A stretch of 64,000 bases of DNA from an uncultured delta proteobacterium (GTDB taxonomy: Bacteria > Desulfobacterota > Syntrophobacteria > Syntrophobacterales > Syntrophobacteraceae). Below are positions 1-10,879 of the stretch, piece after piece; position 1 is the stretch's first letter, and every line of letters starts with the position of its first letter. Made by a program: the position numbers and the translations under genes. The stretch is from assembly GCA_963808625.1 (NCBI GenBank), contig CAWEHK010000033.1, positions 32,001 to 96,000 on the forward strand, read 5' to 3'. The notes under the pieces are model-generated. The model saw only the letters and a list, made by a program, of their open reading frames with translations. It was not told where the DNA came from and did not search any database.

Positions 1-307
1 GCGCCAATCTCGCGGTTTCGGGGGCGTCCAGATCCGACAGCTTTAGGTGTTCCATTTCCTTCGGGCTACCATAGCCATGTAATTTGGCGAACGATTCATT
101 TACAGTGAAGTTCGTTTCGCCGATTGGCATCATCATGATCCCGTCAGTAGCCTGGTCAAAAAGCGTCCGGTATTTCGACTCGGATTGCTGTAGCGCCTCC
201 TCCGCCTGCTTACGTTCGTCTTCTGCCTTCTCCAGTTCGGCCATGCGCCTACGCATCTGGATCAATTCATCAAGCAATTGCTCCTTGGTCTTAACTTTGT
301 CTTTCAT
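1..307 (-). CDS. PAS-domain sensor protein, N-terminal part (runs off window)
   Basis: Manual translation from ATG 307 (GAGGAG RBS): MKDKVKTKEQLLDELIQMRRRMAELEK...RKQAEEALQQSESKYRTLFDQATDGI, a typical coiled-coil/PAS S-box entry; not in ORF track. Confidence 0.85.
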   Translation of the reverse strand, partial: MKDKVKTKEQLLDELIQMRRRMAELEKAEDERKQAEEALQQSESKYRTLFDQATDGIMMMPIGETNFTVNESFAKLHGYGSPKEMEHLKLSDLDAPETARLA

Positions 308-923
308 TCCGAGTCTCCTCAGATTTAAGTGGCACTGCTCTGCCCGGAATAATTCTACCATATTCAGAGTTAGACCTTACTTGCTACCGCGATGTTTTCA
401 AACGCGAGCGACGCCGAGGATGGGTTCAACGGTAGCCCGTCGGAGGGGGGCGCCGGGGGCGGCCGGCACAGCGGTTCATAAGAAACTTGTATACCAGAAA
501 CCGAGTAAGATACCCAAGGTAATGATAGCTGCCTTGAATCGCGCTGTTGACGCTGCAACCTTTTAATTTCAGCTCTCCTATATGGATACCTGGAGGTCCT
601 GCCAATTCCCTCAACAGTTGCTTTCTATATGTGCACAAGGCCAACCGTTGGAAAGCCCGAGTGCTGGACAACCGCTTGGAGAGCGCCCCCTTTCCCTCAA
701 CCAGTTTCTTCAGGATCTTGAGTGCGGTTTTCGGCGCTTTCGGAAAACGTTGCAGTCTCTCTTTCTTGATCTTCTCCCAGTCCAAAGCTCGACTATGATA
801 CACACATGACCCCGTGGGTAGGACATGGTGGTGATACGGAGAAGGGGAGCAAGCGATGATGAAAGTGGAAACGCTAGGAGCTGGAGAGAGGACCGGAAAA
901 CGAGCCAGGCTGTTGAGTCTCCT

Positions 924-1310
924 TCATTTACTGCCCTTGAGCTTCTCGATCTCCTTTTTTTGCACCATATCAAAATACTTGTCGGCTTCTTCAATGCTGA
1001 AAAACACTGCCTCGCGAGGCAAAGCGCTTACGATGTCAAACACTTTCCGAATCTGTGGCTGCAGGTTGATCAGAACCACATGACCATCTTGTGACCTTAC
1101 AGCCTTTCTTGCGCTCACAATTGACTTGATCCCCATACTGCTGATGTAGTCCAATCTTTCCAGATCAAAGATCAATAACCTTGGAGAGCTGCTCACCACT
1201 GGGCCAATCTTCTCCTCAAGCTCAAAATACGTGTTGCTATCCAGCCTGCCTTCCAGTGTGATCAGGTGGGACCCCTCGTGACGCTTTATAATACCGACTT
1301 GCAGAGACAT
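924..1310 (-). CDS. STAS-domain anti-sigma factor antagonist
   Basis: LEGRLDS...FDLERLDYISSMGI motif; GAGGAGG RBS before ATG 1310. Confidence 0.9.
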   Translation of the reverse strand: MSLQVGIIKRHEGSHLITLEGRLDSNTYFELEEKIGPVVSSSPRLLIFDLERLDYISSMGIKSIVSARKAVRSQDGHVVLINLQPQIRKVFDIVSALPREAVFFSIEEADKYFDMVQKKEIEKLKGSK

Positions 1311-1459
1311 GGTACATTTCCTCCTCAGCAAAAGAGCGACCGTAGAGCTATTTTTTTCCTCTGGTTCTTCTGTAGTTCAGTTCTTGGCGATTGATGGATT
1401 TCATTCTGTCATTCCCATTGAAGGATGCATGGATTCGAGGTTGAGCGCAGTCCGTTGCT

Positions 1460-1810
1460 TTAAGACTCCGAGTCTCGCCTCAGCCTTCCCTTTACGAAGA
1501 AAACACCACCGGCGATGAGCGATGAAAGGCCAAGGACGGAGTCGATGACTCTGGCTTGGGTGGACATCTCGGGGAACACAATGGTCTGATAGAGAAGGTA
1601 TGCCAAAACCCCCATTATGGCTCCTTCCCTCAGATTGCTGCGTTCCAAGATTTTTCCTTTGCACTCAAGGTTGAGCTTTACAGCATAGTTGAGGAGAATC
1701 CCTGTGAAAATCAGACCGTAAAACAATCCTTCGTTCATTTCTTGACCTTCAACTTGTTCGTTCAGGCTGCGCCAAAGAACACATGGCAGATCTGCGCCTG
1801 AGCGCATCAC
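1460..1810 (-). CDS. small hypothetical membrane protein (~3 TM)
   Basis: Hydrophobic segments; start overlaps the stop of the upstream AlaX-like gene; alternative start 1738. Confidence 0.55.
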   Translation of the reverse strand: MMRSGADLPCVLWRSLNEQVEGQEMNEGLFYGLIFTGILLNYAVKLNLECKGKILERSNLREGAIMGVLAYLLYQTIVFPEMSTQARVIDSVLGLSSLIAGGVFFVKGRLRRDSES

Positions 1811-2274
1811 TCAACATTCTTCGCCAGCTTGTATCTGATCCTCAGAATGCCTTCCTCAAAGCTGGTTGACACTACTCGAAACGCCCCGATCTCACCCGTG
1901 GATTTCACATGAGGACCAATGCAAGGGCAGGCATCGTAGTCACCTATTCGGATGATTCTTATGTCATCGCCAGCATCTTCCGGAAGCCTTTCCAAATTGT
2001 ACTGCCTCTCTGCTTCGTCTCTGGGAACAAATTCTTCGGTAACAGGAAGATCCGCCTGAATGATGTCGTTGACCTGCCTGGCCAGTTCATCGACTTCCTC
2101 TTGAGATAGAGCTCGGTCAAAATGGTAGTCGAGTTTGGACTTTTTCCTCTCGATGTGGGCACTGAAGCACCGGCCAGAGCGAAACATCCTATTCATCGTC
2201 TGGTTCACGATGTGCTCTGCTGAGTGCATCCGCGGATCAAACTGTTTTTCCAGTAGCTCGGGCATACCGCTCAC
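1807..2274 (-). CDS. free-standing AlaX-type tRNA editing protein (tRNA_SAD domain)
   Basis: HSAEH (HxxxH) and CPCIGPH (CxxxH) zinc motifs; IRIIRIGDYD. Confidence 0.85.
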   Translation of the reverse strand: MSGMPELLEKQFDPRMHSAEHIVNQTMNRMFRSGRCFSAHIERKKSKLDYHFDRALSQEEVDELARQVNDIIQADLPVTEEFVPRDEAERQYNLERLPEDAGDDIRIIRIGDYDACPCIGPHVKSTGEIGAFRVVSTSFEEGILRIRYKLAKNVE

Positions 2275-2358
2275 CCTTGACCTTTCACTTTACCGCCCGG
2301 ATATGTTTCTTACCTTGCAGGTTAGTCGGCCACATATCTGCCCCTGCAGAATGCCCCG

Positions 2359-2565
2359 TTATTGCAAGGATGAAATGAAATACCAGATCGCGATCACAAT
2401 AAAGGCAATCGCCGGAATCAGGCCCATCAGCTTCCTTCGGCTCTTTGCAAAGATGGACTTTTTGTCCTCCTTCTTCATCTTTTTGACCGGTTCCGCAGTT
2501 CGCTTGATGGTCTTCTTGTTTGACATGGTTATCCTATCCTTCTCCATGGCCCTTGGGGCAGCCAT
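2359..2565 (-). CDS. small basic protein with C-terminal TM helix
   Basis: Lys-rich N-terminus followed by LIPAIAFIVIAIWYF. Confidence 0.5.
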   Translation of the reverse strand: MAAPRAMEKDRITMSNKKTIKRTAEPVKKMKKEDKKSIFAKSRRKLMGLIPAIAFIVIAIWYFISSLQ

Positions 2566-2674
2566 GTCATTGCATATCTGAAATGGCCTACCAGCATACC
2601 ATCTTCATTTTCGTCCTGGCGCCGAAGCTTCAAGGTCGACGGTTTGTTTAAGGACCCTAATTTGCCTGAACTCC

Positions 2675-2958
2675 TCAGTGCCTCGTCTGCAATCTTCTCC
2701 ACAACGCTTCAATGATCACCATCGAGGCATCATCAGGATGCATTTCTTCTGATCCGCAAGATTCGCAGAAGATCCTTGTTCCCATGCCACAGCTGGAATG
2801 CTTCCCTGATTCCCGTTTCCAATCCGAAATGGAATTCTACCAGGTCTGCTTCAGTCGGCATTCTTGATCAACTCTTTTTCTCCGTGACCCAAAGCAGCGA
2901 TCATGTGGTCGACTGCTTCTTGAACGGTTCGCGGTAAACCACCTTCAGCAAAAGGCAT
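2675..2958 (-). pseudogene. DUF6794-like small protein with two frameshifts (pseudogene or sequencing error)
   Basis: Stitched translation MPFAEGGLPRTVQEAVDHMIAAL...LVEFHFGLETGIREAFQLWHGNKDLL..CGSEEMHPDDASMVIIEALWRRL; HFGLxxxIR, LWxGN and HPDDAS motifs recalled for this family. Confidence 0.65.
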
Positions 2959-2978
2959 TCTGGATCTCCCTGGTCAAT

Positions 2979-3170
2979 TCAATGAGAGGTGTTCGTGCCA
3001 CCCTTGGTTTGTTTCTCAATTTCCAATTGTTTCTGAGCTTTCCATGCAGGGCACCATTTCCCATGCCACTCCATGACCTTCCCGAACAGAGTATCGGGGT
3101 TCTTTCTGGCGTACTGGCAGAGCGTGCAGTTGTCACAGGTCTCTCCAAGAAATCTGGTGAATCGGTTCAT
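2979..3170 (-). CDS. small Cys/His-rich protein
   Basis: AGGGGG RBS; CDNCTLC...HGKWCPAW. Confidence 0.7.
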   Translation of the reverse strand: MNRFTRFLGETCDNCTLCQYARKNPDTLFGKVMEWHGKWCPAWKAQKQLEIEKQTKGGTNTSH

Positions 3171-3302
3171 ATAGCCCCCTGCTTTTGAGTTAAGGCGCCA
3201 GTGAAGATGTGATAGTGTGTCGTAATTCGGGTTGTCATTTTACCCGATTCGGTTTGGAATTTGCGATTTATGTCGTCACCCAACTGCCCTCTCGGGGGAC
3301 AA

Positions 3303-3554
3303 ATGCGGGAACAACCAAAGCTTCAGAAAATCATCTCAGGTGGACAAACCGGTGTTGACCGAGCAGCACTGGATATCGGTCTTGAGTTGGGGATTCCCAT
3401 TGGCGGCTACTGCCCGAAAGGAAGACGGTCTGAAGATGGAACCATTCCCATCCTGAAAAGCCTCTTCTTACCTGTTCCTAATATCGCTCGTGTCGCCTGC
3501 GCTGTTGGGGGGCTTCAAAGGTCAGCGGGACAAATAGCGGAAATTGAGGCTTAG
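3303..3554 (+). pseudogene. truncated putative molybdenum-carrier (SLOG) family protein
   Basis: [16 protein letters not shown]...[16 protein letters not shown] signature, then similarity stops abruptly. Confidence 0.75.
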
Positions 3555-3644
3555 GCGATTACCGGAAGGGCTCGGAGAAGACCCTGGCTTTTTCTGTTTT
3601 TTCTACACAGGAGCAACACAGGAAAACAGGCGGTGTCTATAAAG

Positions 3645-3721
<77 letters not shown>

Positions 3722-3882
3722 GCATGATTCATGGAAGCCAACTTCATGGTTGCCGAATTTAATAGTCGTTTTACCCTTGCATTGTCAACAGCCTTCTCCA
3801 TGACGACGGCTTCTCCATAGCCTCGCTCAGGTCATTATTCTTGCTGATTAGCGTCGCTCTTCAGCCATGCATTTTGTCAACG

Positions 3883-3998
3883 GTCATTCCCGCATGCTCC
3901 CCGCTTAAAGCCTGCGGGGAGAGGCTTTAGCGGAAATCGAGCAAGGTTTTGCCCTATTACAAGCTGGATTCCCGCTCAAAACCGCTGCGCGAATGACA
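3883..3998. repeat. GTCATTCC...CTGGATTCC...GAATGAC palindromic REP-like element
   Basis: Inverted ends GTCATTC/GAATGAC and internal CTGGATTCC; related copies near 7931-7999 and 42629-42656. Confidence 0.7.
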
Positions 3999-4162
3999 GA
4001 TTCAGGAGCTCTGGTTAACATAAATCAGCCTTGGCTTCGTCTGGTTGAAGAATAGCGCTAATCGGATTTTTCTTTTGTGTTTTTCAGAGGCAAGTCGTAA
4101 ACAACCAGGGATTCGGATGGTTGTTCCATGGCAAGGTCCCGTTCATTAATGGAGGATGGTCT

Positions 4163-4330
4163 ATGTCGCGCAGAAGCCAGTGGCTGAGCTTGTTCGGGGG
4201 ATGTGTCGTCTTTGTGTTGGGCATCATGGAACTCTACCAGCAGGGGAAGTGGGTTCTGCTTATACTGGGTCTCCTGATCATCGCCTTCACCATCTCCAAC
4301 CTGGTCAAGAGCAGACTGAAGGAGGAGTGA
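4163..4330 (+). CDS. small two-TM membrane protein
   Basis: GGAGG RBS, two hydrophobic helices. Confidence 0.6.
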   Translation: MSRRSQWLSLFGGCVVFVLGIMELYQQGKWVLLILGLLIIAFTISNLVKSRLKEE

Positions 4331-4456
4331 GGTGCTGCTAATTCTCTCGCGCGGGTAATTGCCCTTGACCTTGGCGAGCAAATCATCTAACTTTCATGCG
4401 CTTAATGGCAATAGTTTACTTGAAGCTCTAAATGCAGAGGGAGAAAAGCGTCCGGT

Positions 4457-5947
4457 ATGGAAGATCTCAACCTGGTGATGCGGGAACGGTTAAAAAAGGC
4501 GACGGAACTCGAGCAGAATGGTGTGGCACTTTTCCCGAACCGATACCCCGTCTCCCATCGCATCAAGGATCTGGCGGCTGGTTTTGCCTTATCCTCCGCT
4601 GAAGAACTCGAAGCGCAAACGGAACCTTATACGGTCGCCGGCCGAATCATCGCCATCCGCTCCTTCGGCAAGTCCATTTTCATGCATCTCCTGGATTCCG
4701 GACAAAAGCTGCAGGTCTACATACAGCAGAACCAGTTGGACAAGGAGGGGTATGAGCTTTCCAAAAAACTGGATATCGGAGACATCATTCGCGTCCGGGG
4801 GCCTCTCTTTCGAACCCGCACGCAAGAGCTCACCCTGCTCGCCAAAGAGGCGGTTCTCCTCAGCAAGAATTTGCGTCCCCTTCCCGAAAAGTACCACGGT
4901 CTGAAGGACGTCGAACTTCGCTATCGACAGCGCTATGTGGATCTCATCGTCAATGATGTGGTCCGCGAAACCTTCAGAAAACGTGCCGAAATCGTGCAAA
5001 GCGTCCGGCGCTTCCTTATGGACAGGGGCTTTCTTGAAGTGGAGACGCCCATGATGCAGCCGATTCCCGGCGGCGCGACGGCGAAGCCCTTCAAAACCTT
5101 TCACAATGCCCTTGGGATGGAGCTGTTTCTGCGCATTGCTCCCGAACTCTATCTCAAGCGGTTGTTGGTAGGGGGATTCGAAAGGGTTTTTGAGCTCAAT
5201 CGGAACTTTCGGAATGAAGGCATCTCGACTCAGCATAATCCCGAGTTTACCATGCTGGAATTTTACCAGGCCTATGCGACGTTCGAAGACTTGATGAGCC
5301 TTACGGAAGAATTGTTCGGTGCGGTGGCGACGGCCGTTAACGGCGGCAACCTCCGTCTCCCCTACCAGGGACAGGAGATCAACCTCAACCCGCCTTGGGC
5401 TCGATACCGTTTCAACGATATTCTTGTGGAAATAGGCAACATCCCTCGATCAGCCGTTGAGGATCCCGAGGAGACCATGAAACTAGCCGGCGCCATGGGC
5501 CTTGGGCCGAACCGCGGGGAGGGCCAGGGGAAACTGCTCACCAAGATATTCGACTTGGCGGTTGAGCCGAAACTCATCCAACCAACCTTTGTCAGCCATT
5601 ACCCGTTGGAGGTCTCGCCGCTTTCCCGTCGAAACGAATCGGACCCTGCCCTTGTCGACCGTTTCGAGCTGTTCATAGCGGGGAAGGAAATGGCCAACGC
5701 TTTCTCGGAACTGAATGATCCCCGGGATCAGCGCGAAAGGTTCGTTCACCAACTGGAGGCGCGTCAGGCAGGAGACGAGGAGGCCCATATGATGGATGAG
5801 GATTACCTTCGGGCTTTGGAATACGGAATGCCTCCGGCCGCAGGTGAAGGCATTGGAATCGACAGATTGGTAATGCTTTTCACCGATTCGCCATCGATTC
5901 GTGATGTGATCCTTTTCCCGCATCTTAAGCCGGAAAAGAAGATGTAA
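4457..5947 (+). CDS. lysS: lysine--tRNA ligase (class II)
   Basis: RYRQRYVDL, LRIAPELYLKRL, FRNEG, YGMPPAAGEGIGIDRL. Confidence 0.98.
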   Translation: MEDLNLVMRERLKKATELEQNGVALFPNRYPVSHRIKDLAAGFALSSAEELEAQTEPYTVAGRIIAIRSFGKSIFMHLLDSGQKLQVYIQQNQLDKEGYELSKKLDIGDIIRVRGPLFRTRTQELTLLAKEAVLLSKNLRPLPEKYHGLKDVELRYRQRYVDLIVNDVVRETFRKRAEIVQSVRRFLMDRGFLEVETPMMQPIPGGATAKPFKTFHNALGMELFLRIAPELYLKRLLVGGFERVFELNRNFRNEGISTQHNPEFTMLEFYQAYATFEDLMSLTEELFGAVATAVNGGNLRLPYQGQEINLNPPWARYRFNDILVEIGNIPRSAVEDPEETMKLAGAMGLGPNRGEGQGKLLTKIFDLAVEPKLIQPTFVSHYPLEVSPLSRRNESDPALVDRFELFIAGKEMANAFSELNDPRDQRERFVHQLEARQAGDEEAHMMDEDYLRALEYGMPPAAGEGIGIDRLVMLFTDSPSIRDVILFPHLKPEKKM

Positions 5948-5954
5948 ACAAAAG

Positions 5955-7199
5955 ATGAATTTTGAACTCTTTGTCAGCCTTCGCTATCTTTTAGCCAAAC
6001 GGCGTCAAACCTTCATTTCCCTCATAACCTTCATCTCGATTGCCGGTGTCGCCGTCGGTGTGACCGCACTGATAGTGGTCCTGGCCGTGATGAATGGTTT
6101 CCAGGACGACCTGCGCACCCGCATCCTCGGGATTACCTCCCACGTGGTCGTGGGCAGTTTCAACGGTGCCTTTGGCGATTACCAGGCACTGATGAAAGAA
6201 GTCGAAAAGGAACCGGGCGTGGTGGCCGCTACTCCCTTCATCTATGCACAGGTGATGGTCAGCTCCGGAAAGAACGTGTCGGGTGCGATTCTGCGCGGAA
6301 TCGACCCGGCGACTGCGGCCAAGGTCATTAACATTCAAGAGAATATGATCCGGGGAAATCTTGCGGATTTGCGAACTGAGCTGTCCACGGCTTCCGGTTC
6401 CTCACCGCAGCAGGGAATTATCCTCGGAGTGGAGCTTGCCAACAATCTGGGCCTTCGCCAGGGAGAATGGGTGACCGTCATTTCGCCGACGGGGCGTCTG
6501 ACACCCATGGGGCAGGTCCCCAAGAGCAAACTCTTCCAGGTGGTCGGCATCATTCAATCGGGAATGTATGAGTATGACAATACTCTCGCCTACATAAGCC
6601 TTGCGGCGGCCCAGCAATTCCTGGGTATCGGGGATGCTGTTTCAGGCATTGAACTCAAGGTCGATGATATTTACGGGGCACGCCAGATTGCAGAGAGCTT
6701 GAGGTCTCGCCTCGGGCTTCCCTATTGGGTGCGTGACTGGATGCAAATGAACCGCAACCTGTTCTCCGCCCTGAAACTGGAGAAGGTAGTCATGTTCATT
6801 ATCCTGACCTTGATAATCCTGGTGGCGGCTTTCAACATCGTCAGTTCCCTGATCATGCTGGTTATGGAAAAAACGCGGGACATCGCCATTCTCAAGGCCA
6901 TGGGAGCAACCACGGCAAGCATTCGCAAGATATTCGTGATGGAGGGTTTCCTGATCGGGACCTCGGGGACGCTTCTGGGTCTGCTGGGGGGGTTTACGCT
7001 TTGCAGTCTGTTGAAGAAGTACCAGTTCATAGAACTCCCCCGCGACGTCTACTACATTTCAACACTTCCCGTTAAGATGGAAGCGCTTGACGTCGGCATG
7101 ATTGCTCTGGCGGCCATTTTTATCAGCCTTGTAGCGACCCTGTATCCTTCTCGTCAAGCTGCGAAGCTGGATCCCGCGGAAGCACTGCGTTATGAATAA
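5955..7199 (+). CDS. lolE: lipoprotein-releasing ABC transporter permease LolC/E
   Basis: [33 protein letters not shown]. Confidence 0.92.
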   Translation: MNFELFVSLRYLLAKRRQTFISLITFISIAGVAVGVTALIVVLAVMNGFQDDLRTRILGITSHVVVGSFNGAFGDYQALMKEVEKEPGVVAATPFIYAQVMVSSGKNVSGAILRGIDPATAAKVINIQENMIRGNLADLRTELSTASGSSPQQGIILGVELANNLGLRQGEWVTVISPTGRLTPMGQVPKSKLFQVVGIIQSGMYEYDNTLAYISLAAAQQFLGIGDAVSGIELKVDDIYGARQIAESLRSRLGLPYWVRDWMQMNRNLFSALKLEKVVMFIILTLIILVAAFNIVSSLIMLVMEKTRDIAILKAMGATTASIRKIFVMEGFLIGTSGTLLGLLGGFTLCSLLKKYQFIELPRDVYYISTLPVKMEALDVGMIALAAIFISLVATLYPSRQAAKLDPAEALRYE

Positions 7200-7893
7200 T
7201 GACCAGCAGCCGGTGGAGGTCCACGCTCTGTCCGTCACCAAGGTTTTTGGGCAGGGCACCAATACCATTGAACTTTTTCGGGACCTCGATCTGGTGATTC
7301 GTCGCGGTGAGCGAGTGGCGATCGTGGGTGCTTCGGGAGTCGGCAAGTCCACGCTGCTCCACATTCTCGGAACGCTGGAAAAACCTACCAACGGGAAGAT
7401 CCTTTATGGCGGACAGGACATTTTCCTGTGGGAGGAGAAGGAACTCGCGCAGTTTCGCAATCGTCAAATTGGTTTTGTGTTCCAATTCCATTACCTGCTG
7501 CCGGAGTTTAACGCCCTGGAGAATGTGATGATGCCCGGCATCATCGCCGGCCTCTCGCAGCGGGAGGTGAAAGCTCAGGCCCTTTCTCTGCTGGAAAGAC
7601 TGGGGCTGACCGACCGGCTTCACCACCGGGTGGGAGAGCTTTCCGGTGGTGAGCAACAACGCGTGGCGGTGGCGCGCGCTCTGCTCCTGCGGCCAAAGAT
7701 CTTTCTCGCCGACGAACCTAGCGGGAATCTGGACAGTCGGACCGGGCGAAAGCTTCATGAGCTGCTGGTGACTCTGAATGGCGAATTGGGGCTGACGATG
7801 GTGATTGTGACCCATAACCAGGAGCTTGCGGCAATGATGCATCGCACCTTGAGGCTGGTAGACGGCCAACTGCGCCTGGAAGCAAGGAACTAG
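7192..7893 (+). CDS. lolD: lipoprotein-releasing ABC transporter ATPase
   Basis: [36 protein letters not shown]. Confidence 0.93.
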   Translation: MNNDQQPVEVHALSVTKVFGQGTNTIELFRDLDLVIRRGERVAIVGASGVGKSTLLHILGTLEKPTNGKILYGGQDIFLWEEKELAQFRNRQIGFVFQFHYLLPEFNALENVMMPGIIAGLSQREVKAQALSLLERLGLTDRLHHRVGELSGGEQQRVAVARALLLRPKIFLADEPSGNLDSRTGRKLHELLVTLNGELGLTMVIVTHNQELAAMMHRTLRLVDGQLRLEARN

Positions 7894-8044
7894 TGCTCAA
7901 TTGGATAAGTCATTCACATAACAGATACTGCGTCACCCCGGTGCAAACCGGGGTTCGAAACCGCTTAAAGGCTGGATTCCGGCGTTCGCCGGAATGACGA
8001 CAGGGCGCTTGTTTATGGCGACTATTTCTGCAACGAAGCACTAG
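7890..8044. mobile_element. putative MITE with CTAGTGCT/AGCACTAG ends enclosing a REP-like palindrome
   Basis: 8-bp perfect terminal inverted repeat including CTAG at both ends; internal CCCCGGT..ACCGGGG and ATTCCGGCG..CGCCGGAAT hairpins. Confidence 0.5.
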
Positions 8045-8193
8045 CTGCCAGGCGGTGTTCGGAAAGGAATCAGTTGTGATGGAACGCGCGGTGGGCTATA
8101 GAGGATAAGCTGATTCGGCTTGAGTATATTCTGCCTGATAAAGGGCTTGTTCATGGAGGCTTTTGAACTTTTGGAGGGGTGGAGGCCCGGACT

Positions 8194-10867
8194 ATGTTAA
8201 ACGGCAAGAGGATCGTCCATGGATTGTGGATCCCTCTTTTTCTTGCGATCCTTAGTTCGGCGGCATGGGCACAGCAGGAGCAGAGCCCCAGCGTTGCGAT
8301 CATGCCGTTCACCGTGCGTGGACCGCAGGAACCGGTCAAGATGCAAAAGACCATCGAAGAGCTCCTGGTCCGTCAGCTCAACGGCTGAGGGGGCGAGAGT
8401 CGTCAGCCCTCAGGACGTTGAAAAGGTGGTCAAGCCGGGAGAGGCGGTACAGACCGAGGAGCAGGCCCGGTTGCTGGGGCGGCGACTGCAGGCGGAGTAT
8501 GTCTTGATCGGGAGTTGCAGCCAGATCGGCAATAGCATCAGTCTTGATGCAAGACTTGTTAACACTTCCGGACAAAAGAAAACGGAGCTTATTTTCGCGG
8601 AACAAAGAGGCCCGGAGAATTTGGCGGCGGCCGCCAATACGGTTGTCCAGCACATGCTGGTCAGCCTCCTGGCCAAGGCCGTGATCGCCGAGGTTCAGAT
8701 TCGAGGGAATGAGCGGATAGAACCGGATGCTATCAAGCTGAATATCAGAAGCAAGAAGGGTGAGATCCTGCGACCGGAACAGGTTGCAGAGGACATAAAG
8801 GCCATCTACAAGATGGGCTTCTTCGAGAAAGTGAACGCGGATGTCTCCGACTCGCCGGCCGGCAAGGTGCTCATCTTTGTGGTGGTGGAAAACCCGACGA
8901 TCCAGGAAGTGAACATCACCGGCAATAAAAAGATCAAGGAAAAGGATATCCTGGCCGCCATCTCCACCAGGCCTTACAGCGTCGTGCAGAAAAACCTTAT
9001 CGCCGAGGACGTTCAGAAAATCATCAAACTGTATCATCAGAAAGGCTATTTCAATGTCGATGTGAAATACTCCATCGACTTTCCCAAAGATCCCCGGAAG
9101 GCAACGGTTACTTACGCTATCAATGAGAATGACAAGGTCTACATAAGAAAGATCAGCTTCACCGGCAACAAAAGCTTTTCCGCACGGAAACTGCGAAGCG
9201 TCATGGAAACCAAAGAGAAAATGTTCGTTGTCTCTTGGTTTACCGATCGAGGCATCCTCCAGAAAGAAATTCTGGATACCGATCTTGATCGTCTGAGCAT
9301 CTTTTATCACGATAAAGGCTTTATGGAAGCCAAAGTGGGTACTCCGGAGATTTCTATGAAGGATGACGGCTTTCTACATAGAAATCCCGGTCGAGGAAGG
9401 TGAGCGCTACCGCGTTTCCAGTGTCGAGATAACAGGGGATACACTTGGAGTTCAATGATCGCCTCGTCAAAGCGCTGCAATCGAAACCGAAGGACTACTT
9501 CGGCCGCGAAAAGCTGCGTGAGGATATGGACCGAATAAGCAAAACCTACATGGATCAGGGCTATGCCTACACAACGGTCGACCCGATTGTAAAACGCGAA
9601 TCGGAGCAACAAACAGCGAGCATCGACTTCGATGTGAAGAAGAAGGAAATCGTCCACATCGGCAGAGTAACGATCACGGGAAACAGCAAAACGCTTGATA
9701 AGGTCATTCGCCGGGAATTGAAATTGGCCGAAGGCGACCTTTTCAGCTCAACCAAACTTGAAAAAAGCCTCAACGCCCTGAGAAAGCTGGACTTTTTCGA
9801 AGATGTTGAAATCACTCCCACCGACACCGAACAGACCGACATCATGAACCTCAACGTCAAGGTCAAGGAGAAGCTGACGGGCTCCATCAGCGCGGGTGGT
9901 GGCTACTCTTCCGATGACGGGTTGTTCACCAGCGGCGAAATAACCCAGCGCAACCTGATGGGGACGGGCCAGTCCTTAGGTCTGAAAGGATATCTTGGAC
10001 AGAACGCACAACGTTACGTGCTGAGTTGGACTGAGCCCTACCTCTTTGATCGACCGGTAACCGGCGGCATCGATCTTTATAACTGGCTCAGGGAATATCC
10101 GGACTTCACTCAAGACAGCACCGGGTTCCGGCTGCGTTCGGGCTATCGCTTCGGAAACTATAGCCGCCTCGCCGGTTTTTACACCTGGAGCAGTGCCCTT
10201 GTCACCTCAGTACCGTTCGACGCTCCCCCCATCATTGTCCAACAGGAAGGACGGCTGATCACGAGCAGTATCACTGCGGCTGTGGAGCGGGACAGCACCG
10301 ATCACCCCTTCCTTCCGACGCGCGGAATGGTCTCCATGGCTTCGGTGCAGTGGGCCAGTCCGGTTCTGGGAGGCGAGAGCAATTTCATGAAAGCTGAGGT
10401 CCACCACGCTATTTTCTTCCCCCTGTTTTGGAAATTTGTGGGGTATGTCCGCGGCGAGTTTGGCTACATCAATATTCTCGGGGCGGATGATAACACCTCG
10501 GTCCCTTTGTATGATCGATATTTCTTGGGCGGCATCAATTCTCTCCGAGGTTTTAAATGGGCGACCGTCGGGCCCTACGACGGACCCTATATCATCGGTG
10601 GTACCAACTATGGGCTGGGCACCGTTGAACTGCTCTTTCCCCTGGTCGAGAGTATCGGTATGCGAGGGGTGTTCTTCTTTGATGCCGGCAACGCTTTCTT
10701 GACCATGCAGGATTTCAGTATCAATGCTTTTCGCACCGACGCGGGCGCCGGTATCCGCTGGAATTCGCCGTTAGGACCGTTGCGGATTGAGTGGGGTTAT
10801 AATCTTCGATCCACAACCGGGTGAAAGTCAGTATCAGTTTCAGTTTTCAGCAGGAGCATTTTTCTAA
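8194..10867 (+). CDS. bamA: outer membrane protein assembly factor BamA with N-terminal extension (frameshifts near 8385, 9370-9440, 10815)
   Basis: POTRA repeats (IxGN), SLRGF, GIRWNSPLGPLRIEWG, stitched C-terminus YQFQFSAGAFF*. Confidence 0.93.
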
Positions 10868-10879
10868 GGAGCGTAACAG

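Noticed and set aside
426..803. 125-aa basic ORF on the minus strand
   Set aside because: No recognisable motif or RBS and several competing short frames; cannot support a call
2840..2860. In-frame TGA in the DUF6794-like gene (and at fabZ 13032) as possible selenocysteine
   Set aside because: Homology continues in a different frame, so these are indels rather than readthrough
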